Below are positions 1 to 12,189 of a stretch of DNA of 64,000 bases, in pieces; the stretch's first letter is position 1, and each line of letters begins with the position of its first letter. A program made the position numbers and the translations under genes. A model generated the notes under the pieces. It did no database searches. It had not been told where the DNA came from and saw only the letters and a program-made list of their open reading frames with translations. This stretch comes from Heptranchias perlo (taxonomy: Eukaryota). The stretch is taken from assembly GCF_035084215.1 (NCBI RefSeq), contig NC_090352.1:31620001-31684000 (forward strand), given 5' to 3'.

Positions 1-222
1 TTAGACTGTGGAACTCGGTACCACAAGTAGTTGAGGCAAATCGCATAGATGAATTTAAGGGGAAGCTAGATAAACAGATGAAGGAGAAAGGAATAGATAG
101 AATATGCTGATACGGTTAGATAAAGTGGGGAGGGAGGAGGCTCATGTGGAGCATAAACACCAGCATAGACCTGTTGGGCCAAATGGCCTGTTTCTGTGCT
201 ATACATTCTATGTAATTCTATG
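1..222 (+). mobile_element. CR1-type LINE 3' end fragment
   Basis: Contains the tail motif TTGGGCCAAATGGCCTGTTTCTGTG followed by (ATTCTATG)-like terminal repeats, the same tail as the other CR1 copies in the window. Confidence 0.75.
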
Positions 223-1549
223 TAAACTACAGCACAAGCAGGTCAAGCATACAGCTATAAGTAATGTTTTACAAAGGATCGCTTGACAGAAGCCAGACTG
301 TTGGGTATTGTTAGAAATTGAAGGCAGAAGTACTTGGGAAGGATTTTCAACCCAAAATATTTACCAGGAGTCCAAGAATTTCTGGAACATTACTTGGCTG
401 CTGAGGCAAATAATAGGTTTGTGAAACTTGCCTATCAGAAGAGGTTTGTTTTTCTTGTTTAATCATAAACTTGCCCAACTATTTGATAGAGCAAAACATA
501 GTCAATGCAGCCAAAAATTCATTAATCTTGGTATCTTATTCTAATCCAGTTATTTTTAAGCTTTTCTCAGTGGTGGACATCCTGCAAATATTGACCCACT
601 TCTGCAGATCCCTCTGTCCTAAATTCCAGTTATGGGATTTTTACTGGTGTTTTGAGGATCTCATTTCATACTCTGTCCATTTTTCTGTGAAAGCTAAAAA
701 CCGCTGGCCTTGGTCATAAGATAGTTTGTGCACCGTTTTAATAAAAGCACTACTCTCTTCCTTGTTCAGACATCTTCAGCCTGCGCAGAGACCCCAAGTG
801 GCTGTACATGCATAATACACTCACTCCGAGTTTACAGATTCAGATCCAGGGACTGCAGATCTCTACCTATCTATTATATAGCAGGTGTCTCAGGCAATCA
901 ATTCATGCTGAGGTTAATTACAGGTTAATTGCTAAGAGTGAGAAAAGTTTGCAGATCAACCTGGACCTGGAAATTTCCTTGCACCTGGCAATCTGCAAAT
1001 TGACCCGTCCAACAGCAACAGCCTCACAGTTGATTTAGACCACTTCCACATGGCGAGTACCTGAACAATGATCTTATGGGGACAGGCCAGATTAACATCT
1101 AAACATCACAACAGCATCCAGATTGAAGATGCAGTCAGCAACATCATGGGAAATAAACTAGTCTACAGTCTACTCTTAATTTGAAGTCCTTTAATTCAAA
1201 TTATCTGATAATTCAAATGTGCCTGGCACTAATTTCCCATGTTCTATCATTTGTATGACTTAATTCAAATTATTGGATAACTCAAACTTTTTAAATGAAA
1301 AAAAATGATTTTATCAGGAATGGAGTTTTGTTGGCCTGCTGAGGTGTAAAAGATCGCCTTACTGTGGCATGTACTTCATTTATCTATGCCAGATCTTGTC
1401 TACCTCATAAACTTTGGGTTACCTATAAGTTTAGAGGAGCATTCTCAGGACCAGAAACAAGCAGCCACGTACAAAAGAGACAAGATAGCTGGGAACCAAA
1501 ATTCCAAAATCAAATTTTATTGTACAGCAATGTTCCTTTGTCTCCCCAG

Positions 1550-2188
1550 GTACTTTATAAACGTGTGCCTTGTGGTAAAGATGAAGTAAGTTTATTTCTA
1601 ACAGCCATACAGAACTCCTGGGTCCATGTTCGGCGAAAGAAACGGGATAGAGTGAGGCAACTTCGAGAGCTCCCCAGAGCCGCATCAGATGTACCGCTGT
1701 CCACTAAAGCAGATCAGACGTCTGAGAAGGAATGCAGTGCTAATATTGGTTCTGTCACGGCTGAGGAAGAGTCCGATATTAGCAACTCTGCAGAAAGCAA
1801 TGCTGGAACAGGGAAATTGACAGTCAGAACTGAAGAGGAGCTCCCAGCCAATGGGGGTAATAGTTCGTTGAATAAGCTGCATGTAGATGGAGAAAACAAT
1901 ATGGGAACTGAAGAAAAGTTGAGCCAGTGTGAAACCAGTTCTGCTGGCTGTAAAACTGATGATGTGATTGAGCAGGAAATAGCCAGTTCAACAGTGGCAA
2001 ATGAAGAAGGGGAGGATACTCCAAAAGGGAGCGGGGGCTGTTTTTTGTTCAAGTGCCTAATGAATGTGAAGAAGGATGGAAAGAACGCTCATGTAGAAAT
2101 GCACTGGGTTGAGGGACAGAATAGGGACTTAATGAACCAGCTGTCTACCTATCTGCGGAACCAGATTTTTAAACTGGTAGTTAGTTAA
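1550..2188 (+). CDS. METTL16: METTL16 (U6 snRNA/MAT2A m6A methyltransferase), last coding exon: vertebrate conserved region with Arg-rich segment, acidic linker and C-terminal VCR2
   Basis: A pyrimidine-rich acceptor, ttcctttgtctccccag|GTA, precedes a phase-0 exon. It encodes VPCGKDEVSLFLTAIQNSWVHVRRKKRDRVRQLRELPRA and LFKCLMNVKK...VEMHWVEGQNRDLMNQLSTYLRNQIFKLV, which match the vertebrate METTL16 C-terminus as I recall it. Stop TAA at 2186-2188. Adjacent to MNT, as in human. Confidence 0.95.
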   Translation, partial: VLYKRVPCGKDEVSLFLTAIQNSWVHVRRKKRDRVRQLRELPRAASDVPLSTKADQTSEKECSANIGSVTAEEESDISNSAESNAGTGKLTVRTEEELPANGGNSSLNKLHVDGENNMGTEEKLSQCETSSAGCKTDDVIEQEIASSTVANEEGEDTPKGSGGCFLFKCLMNVKKDGKNAHVEMHWVEGQNRDLMNQLSTYLRNQIFKLVVS

Positions 2189-2451
2189 AGGAATACTTTC
2201 GTATTGTCAACGCGCAAGCTTTATTTTCATTTTTTTGCCAGTTTTACACTGATAAATTCCCAGATTTCAAAATTATTTCATTTTTTTCTACTGGTTTTCA
2301 TACGGATTTTACAGAATCTTGAGACTTGCCTTCTGTGCACCTTTTCCAGCTGCACATGCAAATAGCATCTGGTGCAGTCTATTTCACCAGTCTCCCCTCC
2401 AGCTGTACCATCAAAATAATTAAAAAGAAAAGTTCATCTCCACTGGTGCTT

Positions 2452-2862
2452 AATCAATTGGATGCTGCAATGGGGGGAATTTTATGGTCATTCTGGATGG
2501 ATGAACTAAGATGGGCCGAATGGCCTTCCTCATCTGCAATTATCTTGTGATCTAATGACACTAAAGAAAGATGACCAAAAGCCGTGGTTTGGTGCTAATC
2601 CACCAGAAGATTCATTCGCAAAAGTTTGCTGATTCCAGTCAAGAAGTTACAACTGGACTTAGTGCCCCTGTGATGAGAGGAGGGTTGCAGTCAAAAAATG
2701 ACCAGATTTCCCAGTGACACCTACTGGAACAACTACTGCTTACATTTCTTTAGTGTCATTAGATCACAAGATAATTGCGGATGAGGAAGGCCATTCGGCC
2801 ATTCTTAGTTCATCCATCCAGAATTACCTTAAAATTCCCCCCATTGCAGCATCCAATTGATT
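2452..2862. repeat. ~118-bp inverted repeat (arms 2452-2569 and 2745-2862) in the presumed METTL16 3' UTR
   Basis: AATCAATTGGATGCTGCAATGGGGGGAATTTT...ATCTAATGACACTAAAGAAA is the near-exact reverse complement of TTTCTTTAGTGTCATTAGAT...CCCCCCATTGCAGCATCCAATTGATT. Confidence 0.9.
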
Positions 2863-3070
2863 CTTAAATGATTCCAGGGTTTTTGCCCCCACTATTCTAT
2901 CCAGTAGTCCATTCCATATGTTTTAACACTCTTCATGTGCAAAAACCTTCTAATATTGGTCTTAAATTTGCCTTTTATTATTTTGAACCCAAGTTTCCAG
3001 ATTTTCCATTTCCATGCAGTTTGCTATCTTATATACCCCTATAAGATCTCGTCTCGGATCCCTCCATGTG
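2760..3070 (-). mobile_element. Old CR1 LINE 3' fragment
   Basis: Reverse-strand tail (AGGCCATTCGGCCC) followed by degenerate CR1 3' ORF2 sequence. Confidence 0.6.
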
Positions 3071-3865
3071 CCCTCCTGTACAGAAAGATATCTTGAGGCA
3101 TTTTACAGAATGAAGGAAAAGAGTGGCTACCAAGCAGGAAGCAGAGGAGCGAGAAAGGGAGCAAGGAAAGGAGTTGTAGTGGAACCAAAGAGGAAGGTTT
3201 TTGCAAAGTGCTTGTGTGTGGGCATCTGGTTGAGGACAGGATTGGGCTTGGCGGTTGTGTCCTCCATGGAAAGAAGCACTCATTGTCTCGGCTCACATAC
3301 GAAGAATGGCCATTTGGATGGAGTACTGAAGAGCTGCTAGAATGCACGGTCCTTGACCCAAGCAAGGAGTGAGCACCTTCTAGGGAAAGTGGGAGAGATT
3401 TCTTTATAAAAATGTTTTGTTTTTAAAATGCTAGATTCCAGTTTTATTTCTAAATAAGTAAACTAGTTTATAAGTGGAAAAGTTATGCGGTGTTTTTTGT
3501 AACCCTGATTTCCCAAAGTGAATGTAATATTCACTCTCCCGTCTCTCACTTTTTAGCAGGGTTAATTTTTTTTAAAATGAGCAATTCCTGGGAATTTATT
3601 TGCAAACTAAAAATGCAGTATACTATCAAAACACCAGCTATTAAAGTGTTATCTGCATACTGTTAAATAAGATTTAAGGTATATTTAGTTTGTAAAATTG
3701 AACCTTTGTTCTGTCTTCATGAAATCGTGTTTGGCAAACTTTTTATTGAAAGGGGGGAGGAAAAGAGCCAGTAAAGCTATAAGCCATTGACTTCACATTG
3801 ATGTTAGGTGCTGGTGATTTTATTTACATGCAGTCTTGTGCTTTGAAGTGTTATGCCATTACATT

Positions 3866-4731
3866 CATAGAATCATAGAAAGTTATGGCACAGAAGGAGG
3901 CCATTCAGCCCGTCATGTCCACGTTGGCCAAAAAAGAGGTATCCAGCTTAATCCCACTTTCCAGCACTTGGACCGTAGCCCTGTAGCTTACGGCACTTCA
4001 AGTGCACATCCAAGTACTTTTTAAATGAGTTGAGGGTTTCTGCCTCCACCACCCTTTCAGGCAGTGAGTTCCACATCCCCACCATCCTCTGGGTGGAAAA
4101 AATTCGCCTCAGCTCCCGTCTAATCCTTCTACCAATTACTTTAAATCTATGCCCCCTGGTCACTGACCCCTCTGCTTAGGGAAATAGGTCCTTCCTATCC
4201 ACTCTATCTCGTCCCGTCACCATTTTATATACCTCAATTAAATCTCCCCTTAGCCTCCTTTGTTCCAAAGAAAATAACCCCAGCCTATCCAATCTTTTCT
4301 CATAGCTAAAATTCTCCAGCCCTGGCAACATCCTTGTAAATCTCCTCTGTACCCTCTCTAGTGCAATCACATCTTTCCTGTAATGTGGTGACCAGAACTG
4401 TACACAGTACTCAAGCTGTGGCCTAACCAATGTTTTATACAGTTCTAGCATAACCTCCCTGCTCTTATATTCTGTGCCTCGGCTAATAAAGGAAAGTATC
4501 CCGTATGCCTTTTTAACCACCTTATCTACCTATCATGCTACCTTCAGGGATCTGTGGACATGCATTCCAAGATCCCTCACTTCCTCTACAACTCAGTATC
4601 CCCCCATTTGTTGTGTACTCCCTTGCCTTGTTTGCCCTCCCCAAATGCATTACCTCACACTTCTGTGGATTGAATTCCATTTGCCACTTTTCTGCCCATC
4701 TGACCAGTCCATTGATATCTTCCTGCAGTCC
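3866..4731 (-). mobile_element. CR1 (HER1-like) LINE, 5'-truncated
   Basis: Translated fragments include LYKTLVRPQLEYCVQFWSP, RRLRGDLIEVYK and TRGHRFK. CATAGAAT terminal repeats at 3866. Confidence 0.95.
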
Positions 4732-6382
4732 TCGTAAAATAATTGTCAAATGATTTTTCATGAGGACACTGCCCCTTTTAAAACCAGGCGTAGGAATAAC
4801 AGGCATGAAGTTTCTGTGGTATTAGCCATTTAGCCCAGGATAAACCCACAATATAATCCGGCCATCTTCTTAAATTCACATATAATAGTACTACCAGCAT
4901 CTGTTTAGTTCTGTTTATATGATGTTCAGTCTGCTTGTATTCCTTGCTCATCCAGTGTTGCATTCTGGCAGCTTGCCCTACCCCAATATGTGTGTATTTT
5001 TTTAATAAGAGTGAGGGCAGCCTATAAATTGTACTGGTGGAGTTTTCAGGGATTCAAACTTAGCTGTCTCAAGTGGACAGATTTTCCTGCTTCTTATCTG
5101 AGTCACCAGATGCAGAGGAGTCAAGTTCTCCATCTTGAGGGAGAGAAAATAACTTACCTTAACAGCTAGCCAGTTGTGCAAAGCACATTGCCTGTTGGCT
5201 AGTCACAGAACAATATTAACGGCTTCTGGAGCAAAGTTAGTAGCTCACGCTGTCCAGCCCTCCTGGCTGATAGGAGGATAACAGTGTAAAGTGGGAAGGC
5301 AATTGAGATGTGTCTGTAAAGGGAGGGAATAAAAATATCCAACATCTTTGCAAATTAAAAAAAAAAACAATCTAACTGTTTTGTCTACTGTTTTATGCCC
5401 TCCCAACTGAAACAACTGGAGTGGTTCATCTGTGGCTTAGTAATTTGAGTATGTGTTTATATCTGATTCTACAGTGCAAAGTTTACATTAAGTCTGAAGG
5501 CACGCAGGTAAAATAGATGGTATTTCTAAGTGGGATTGGTTTGCAAATTTAACCTCCCATTCAGAGAATTTTCAAGGTGGCAACCAGTAATCCGTGGACA
5601 AAGAAAGCTTAAATGACCAGATAGAGAGAGAGGGTGGTTAACTTGGCTTTTACACTTGTTACAGCCCTTATTACAGCTAACTAAAAATATTAATATTAAA
5701 CTAATTATAACCACAAACATTTGGTGAGCAGTGAAATATAGCTCTTATTCCCATTCCTGAAAGAAGCCTTGACTCACAAGTGACAATTAATCAGATAAAA
5801 ATCGCACTTCACTCCCTCCACATTAGATGCTCTATACAGACGTTGAGAGGAAACTCTATTCACCCTTGTGATTTGAGAAATCCCTGGGGAGAGCACTGAT
5901 CGATTGGGATCATTGGTGAATTTTGGAATGTGGCCAAGCTGTGTTATATTGCGAGCAATGTGACTCACCCAAGCTTCAGTGAATCAAACAAAAGGAGAGT
6001 TAGACTTGCCTGAAGAATTTTTTAATGGTTAATGTTGTATTGCTCAATGACTAATGTCCTACATTCAGTTACTTCATTTAAAGTGTTTGAAATGGTATAT
6101 TTGCAGTAAAATAACATTGATTTTGGTGATTTTTTTTATTATACACAAATGTAACATGTTTAAACACACACACATCTGTAGGGGAAACTCATCATAATCA
6201 ATACCTAAAGGATTTTCTCTTCTGTAATCCCAGTGCAGTGTATTTTATGGAGTGTTGATCTGCAAAACACTGCCATAGATGCTGTACACATTTCCTCATC
6301 AGCAATATCTGAATTACTTATAAACAAGACTCCCATGGTCGATTGACAGTTTGGGGGAAGTGCCCGCTCCTAAATGTAGTGT

Positions 6383-6601
6383 CCATGATGTAGAGATGCC
6401 GGTGATGGACTGGGGTGGACAAATGTAAAGAGTCTCACAACACCAGGTTATAGTCCAACAGCTTTATTTGAAATCACACGCTTTCGGAGCTTTGCTGCTT
6501 CGTCAGGTGAGTGGCCTCACCTGACAAAGGAGCAAAGCTCCGAAAGCTTGTGATTTCAAATAAAGCTGTTTGACTATAACCTGGTGTTGTGAGACTCCTT
6601 A
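6383..6601. mobile_element. Short palindromic non-autonomous Penelope pLTR derivative with two inverted hammerhead motifs
   Basis: Inverted arms are centred on about 6513. A 12-bp TSD, TAAATGTAGTGT, lies at 6371-6382 and 6602-6613. The sequence matches the tail of the 37.9-39.2 kb element. Confidence 0.85.
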
Positions 6602-6924
6602 TAAATGTAGTGTGTTATTTCTAGGGCAATACAGAGATGCAGTAGAGTGCTTCAGTACTCCAAAGGTGTGGTGCTTGGTTCCTCATGGAGAGGTAAATAG
6701 GTGCGTGGGTCACCCGTGCCTGTTCCCACACACCTGACGACTAGATCTAGAACAGAATTTGCAAAGACCTTGGAGCCGACTGTGGTCAAGGAGATGGGAA
6801 GATGAGCGACCTGCTGCCAAACCTCCAGCAATTCCACTTTGTGTCAGACATTTAGAAGAAAAGTAAGACTAGCACATGAATTAATATTTATCCTGTGGGG
6901 AATTATCTGTCCTATTTTCTGAAG

Positions 6925-7230
6925 TTGCACATAGGCGCAAACAGCAATGAGATAAATGACCAGTTAATCTGATTCAGTGGTGTGGGTTAAAGGAGTAATG
7001 TTGCCCGGGATACAAGGAGAGCTCCTCTGCATTTCTTCAAGTAATGCCGTGGGACCTTTTGCGCCCACTTGAGCAGGAAGACGGATTCTTAGGTTAATGT
7101 CTCATTCAAAAGATGACACTTCAGTATAAAGTGTCAATCTAGATGACATGCTCATTTCCCTGGAGTGGAGCTTGAACCCATTAACTTCTGACTTAGAGCC
7201 ATGAATGTTGCCTCTGAGCCAAGCCTGACA
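6925..7230 (-). mobile_element. tRNA-derived DeuSINE/SacSINE1-like SINE, degenerate
   Basis: Similar to the reverse complement of the copy at 37340, including B-box CTTGAACCC and the Deu-like GGGACCTTTT segment. Confidence 0.65.
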
Positions 7231-9649
7231 CTTGGATGAAAAATGGATATTTGATACAAATTTGTTTGTTGTATGCACTTAGTCACAAACTGCTGCAGTG
7301 TCCAGAAAAATAACGCCCTAAAAAGGAACAATCTCCAATTGACCGTACCGTACGTTGATATAGAAAGGAGCCTGACAGAAGGGAGTGATTTAACTGCCTA
7401 TTTTGCTAAATAATTGTTTGATATATTTTGAATGTGGAAATCAAACAATACCTCATTTGACAAAATATTTTATCTTTAAATTCAGTTTAAATATTATAGC
7501 TCCACGGCAGCTGCTAATCTAAATGCTTTTGACACTTTGCTAAGTGCAGCACAGAGGGCAAAGGTGAATATAAATTGTCCCTTTAAAACACTTCGTAGGG
7601 ATGTTGCTGTTTCATGGATTCTGTGTTTAATGGGCTAGTTACAATTTCCTGTTCATAAAGTGCAGAATCTTTTTCTCTTCAATTATGATCTGTTAGTCTG
7701 GGAAGCAATTAACTTTCTGTTTGTGTACCAATCACGTCCAGTAAGTGTCACATTTACTTCCTGCAACATTTTCCCCCATCAACCTGGTTGTTAACACCCT
7801 TACTATAAGATAGCATGTTCTCTGACTCACCATGAGCAATGCCACAGGAGACCTGCTAATATATGTTTATGTACATTAATATGTAAGAACATTCTTGCAG
7901 CTAGCATGTATTTGTCACAAATGTCACACTTAGAATTTCTATAGATGCAAAACAATCATTTAAAAAAAAACGCAAGAAAACCAGTCGTTGAGCTGGAGTC
8001 TGAAATTTACAAGTTACAATTGCCCTCAGATTGACTTCAGTTTATACATAAATACAATTATCTGGGTTGCCTTTTCTGTGTAGTGCATTTAAAGGCACAG
8101 ACAAGGCTAGCAGTTAAACAGTACAACTGTGCTCGAGACTCCAGACTGCAGTTAAACAATGCCGCTGGTATCACTAAAGAAGTAGAACTGCATTGTTCAT
8201 AAACGCGTCTGAACTTGCTCGCTTGAGTTTTAATGTGGGTACCTTTCTACAGCAGTGTAGCATACCACAGCTGAGGCCTTCAGTCCTATTGTACTTCATG
8301 AAGTCAGTTTGTGAATATGGAGCACCACGGTTCAAACATATTTACATCGCAGTGATTTAGTGTGACAACTAATAACAAGCATATCTAAAACCTTTCACAA
8401 CAGTAATAATTAGCATTTGGTCTTTTAAAAAGCTTCAATTAGTATGCGATAAGACCATTGTAATATTGTGACATGCTGATGTGTAGAAAGCCTTTCGCAT
8501 TTTATTTTCTATTGTAATAAAAAAAAACAGTTGGAATTCTACAGTAAAGAACGTACAGTGAATGAATAGCTCTCGAGTAGAGAAAAAGCTTATTGTTGGA
8601 GCATTTGGAAACATTTCCTGGAAAGAGCACAGTATTTGATATAATTCATTGTTAAAGTTCTGCATTTTTCATTTTTTTTTGTGAAAGTTCCCTTGGAATT
8701 TTTCAGGGTTCTGAACTGGGAACAATGCCGGGGTGGGGAAACGTGGGTAAGAGAGACAAAATGTTAGCAGAAGTTGGGGAATAAAGTTATCTTGCACAGT
8801 TGAAAAGGGTTGTTTTCATTCTCAGTATCTTCTCTTTATTTATGTGTGTGTAAAAGGCAGAAATGTTATACTAGGACCACCTTAACAATCGGAATGCAGA
8901 GCAAGACCAGAAAGTGCAGGCGTTTCGGAAGCTAGAAGCAGCATTTGATGATCAAATCCAGGTAAAGTAAATGGAAAAGGGGTTTTTAACTCAAGAATGG
9001 AACACCAAAAAGGAGTGAAAAATCGAGGGGAAAGAGGTTTTTCAATGGAAACAGAAAATGTGGAGCCTTATAAAAATTGCATTATTGTGATAGTTTAAAC
9101 AGTAATTGTGTCACCTTTTTAAAAAAATAACGTTCCTGACATTTTCCCCAATTTTTTTAAACTAAAGGTAAATTGTGCAAATTGGCTGCCATGTTAACCT
9201 ACATAACTGAGTTACTACACTTCACGAGAAATTCATTGGCTGTAAAGCACTTTGTGTCATCCCGAGGATGTGAAAGATGCTATAGAAATGCAAGGTCTTC
9301 ATTTCATAACTATGTAATATGGGTGAAGGATGATAAGTCTCTGTAATAGGGATCAATTTCCTGCAGCTGTATCATAGCAAATGGAAAGATGCCCATTTGC
9401 AGCCATCATATACCCGAGCTCTGCCAGGATGCCGTTAACATTTGTTTCTTGTGCTCTACTGCTCTGTGCCAAGTTCCAGACTTGTGCTGTAACCACAAGA
9501 TACCCAGTGGGAATATCATTTGACAATGCACTCTGGACTGTCCTGTGCTTCCTAGCTCAATAGTGTATAGTCAGAGGCATAGAAGCCCAATGAGTTTTAG
9601 AATAGGGCCCAAAAAGAGAGCAGAAAATATATAAATGAGGCAAGGGAAA

Positions 9650-11357
9650 TTATATTGTATTCTTAATGAATACTTTGCGTCTATCGTCACAAAAGAGAGG
9701 GATGATGCAGACGTTGTAGTTGAGGAGGAGTGTGAAATATTGGATGGGATAAACTGAGTGAGAGAGGAAGTATTAAGAGGATTAGCATCTTTGAAAGCAG
9801 ATAAATCACCTGGGCCAAATTAAATGTATCCCAGGCTGCTAAAAGAAACAAGGGAGGAAATAGCGGAGGGTCTGACCGTCATTTTCCTATCCTCACTGGA
9901 TACAGGTGTGGTGCCGGAGGATTGGAGGACTGCTAACGTTGTTCAATTGTTTAAAAATGGAGCGAGGGATGGACCAAGTAATTACAGGCCAGTCAGTCTA
10001 ACCTCAGTGGTGGACAAATTATTGGATCAATTCTGAGGGACAGGATAAGCCGTCACTTAGAAAGGCACAGAGTAATCAAGGACAGTCAGCATATATTTGT
10101 TAAGGGAAGGTCGTCTCTGACTAACTTGATTGAATTTTTTGAGGAGGTAACAAGGAGGGTAGATGAGGAATAGTGCATTTGATGTAGTCTACGTGGATTT
10201 TAGCAAGGCTTTTGACAAGGTCCCATGTGGCAGACTGGTCAAAAAAAGTATAACCCCATGGGATCCAAGGGAGAGTGACAAGTTGGATCCAAAATTGGCT
10301 CAGTGGCAGGAAGCAAAGGGTAATGGTTGACTGGTGTTTTTGTGACTGGAAGGCTGTTTCCAGTGGGGTTCTGCAGGACTCATACTAGGTCCCTTGCTTT
10401 TTGTGATATATATTAATGATTTGGACTTAAATGTAGGGAGCATGATTAAGAAGTTTGCAGATGATACAAAACTTGGCCGTGTGGTTGATAATGAGGAGGA
10501 AAGCTGTAGACTGCAGGAAGATATCAGTGGACTGGTCAGATGGGCAGAAAAGTGGCAAATGGAGTTCAATCCACAGAAGTGTGAGGTAGTGCATTTGGGG
10601 AGGGCAAACAAGGCAAGGGAATACACAATAAATGGGAGGATACTGAGAGCTGTAGAGGATGTGAGGGAACCTTGGAGTGCATATCCACAGATCCCTGAAA
10701 GTACAGGACAGGTAGATAAGGTGGTTAAGAAGACATACGGGATACTTTCTTAGCTGAGGCATAGAAAATAAGAGCAGGGAGGTTTTGCTGGAACTGTATA
10801 AAACACAGGTTAGGCCACAGCTTGAGTACTGTGTACAGTTCTGGTCACCACATTACAGGAAGCACTAAAGAGAGTACAGGAGATTTATGAGGATGTTGCC
10901 AGGACTGGAGAATTTTAGCTGAGGAAAGAGTGAATAGGCTGGGGTTGTTCTCTTTGGAACAGAAGAGGCTGAGGGGTGATTTAATTGAGGTGTACAAAAT
11001 TATGAGGGGCCTAGATAGAGTGAATAGGGAGGACCTATTTCCCTTAGCAGAGAGGTCAATAACCAGGGGGCATAGATTTAAATTGATTGGTAGAAAGATT
11101 AGAGGGGAGCTGAGGAAAAAATGTTTCACCCAAAGGGTGGTGGGGGTCTGGAACTCACTGTCTGAAAGGGTGGTAGAGGCAGAAACCCTCAACTCATTTT
11201 TAAAAAGTACCTGGATGTACACCTGAAGTGCTGTAACCTACAAGGCTATGGACCAAGTGCTGGAAAGTGGGATTGGGCTGGGTGGCTCATTTTCGGTTGG
11301 TGCGGACACAATGGGCTGAATGGCCTCCTTCTGTGCCATAAATTTTCTATGATTCTA
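9650..11357 (+). mobile_element. CR1 (HER1-like) LINE ORF2 remnant, frameshifted
   Basis: Motifs VPEDWRTANV, NYRPVSLTSV, FADDTKL and LRGDLIEVYK; tail GGGCTGAATGGCCTCCTTCTGTG with TTCTATGA repeats. Confidence 0.95.
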
Positions 11358-11919
11358 CATTACCTTGGTTTCAAGGTGTCGATGTAAGAACGTACCTAGC
11401 CCTGTGATTCAATACTCCAGTATGTTCCATTTTGGGCCAAGACAGCCATATGAAATTAATTCAAGACCCTCTGCAGTGATGATAACCCTCATTGGCAATA
11501 GATAAACATTGGATTTATATTACAGAACTATTTTTAACTGCAGAGGTTCTGTAATAGACTTGACTGCAAGTGCAGTCTGCCCCATTTACATTGTGAGGGA
11601 GATTTCGCAGCACTTGCACAATACAGCCATTTTGAGAGTCGTGTATCAGCTAGGAGGAAATCCATGCAGGTGATGTGCAAACCATATCATTCCCCTAAAC
11701 CAGAAGGCTAAGCATACAGTTCATCCAAGGGAAGATAAGGTAAAGGTTGACATTACCTGAGGCACTGTTTACACTGCTGCTCTGGTACTCGTACTTCCTG
11801 AGGAGCCTGGGAAAATCTCCTCCTGAGATGAGTCTAGGCAGTTGTTCCAGAGGAAGGGCTGCTTACCTTACTTAAATCAGCAAAGTGAGGGCTATCATGA
11901 ACCAGTATTGTAAGGTAAT

Positions 11920-12103
11920 TTAAAACAGAAATAGACAGTTTCCTAGAAGTAAAGGGAATTAGGGGTTACGGGGAGCGGGCAGGAAATTGGACATGATTTT
12001 AGATTTGAGGTTAGGACCAGATCAGCCATGATCTTATTGAATGGCGGAGCAGGCTCGAGGGGCTGATTGGCCTGCTCCTGCTCCTATTTCTTATGTTCTT
12101 ATG
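11920..12103 (+). mobile_element. CR1-family 3' tail (different subfamily)
   Basis: ATCAGCCATGATCTTATTGAATGGCGGAGCAGGCTCGAGGGG...CCTGCTCCTATTTCTTATGTTCTTATG terminal repeat. Confidence 0.75.
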
Positions 12104-12189
12104 TAATTAATATAAGCTACTTTTAAAGAAACGTAATTGTGTTCTACGAAGAGGATACTCAACAGGAAGCTGGAATATGGAGCAGAGTT

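Noticed and set aside
1364-1549. N-terminal 62 aa of the 274-aa ORF
   Set aside because: This is intronic read-through. METTL16 similarity begins at the acceptor at 1550, and the ORF start is GTG.
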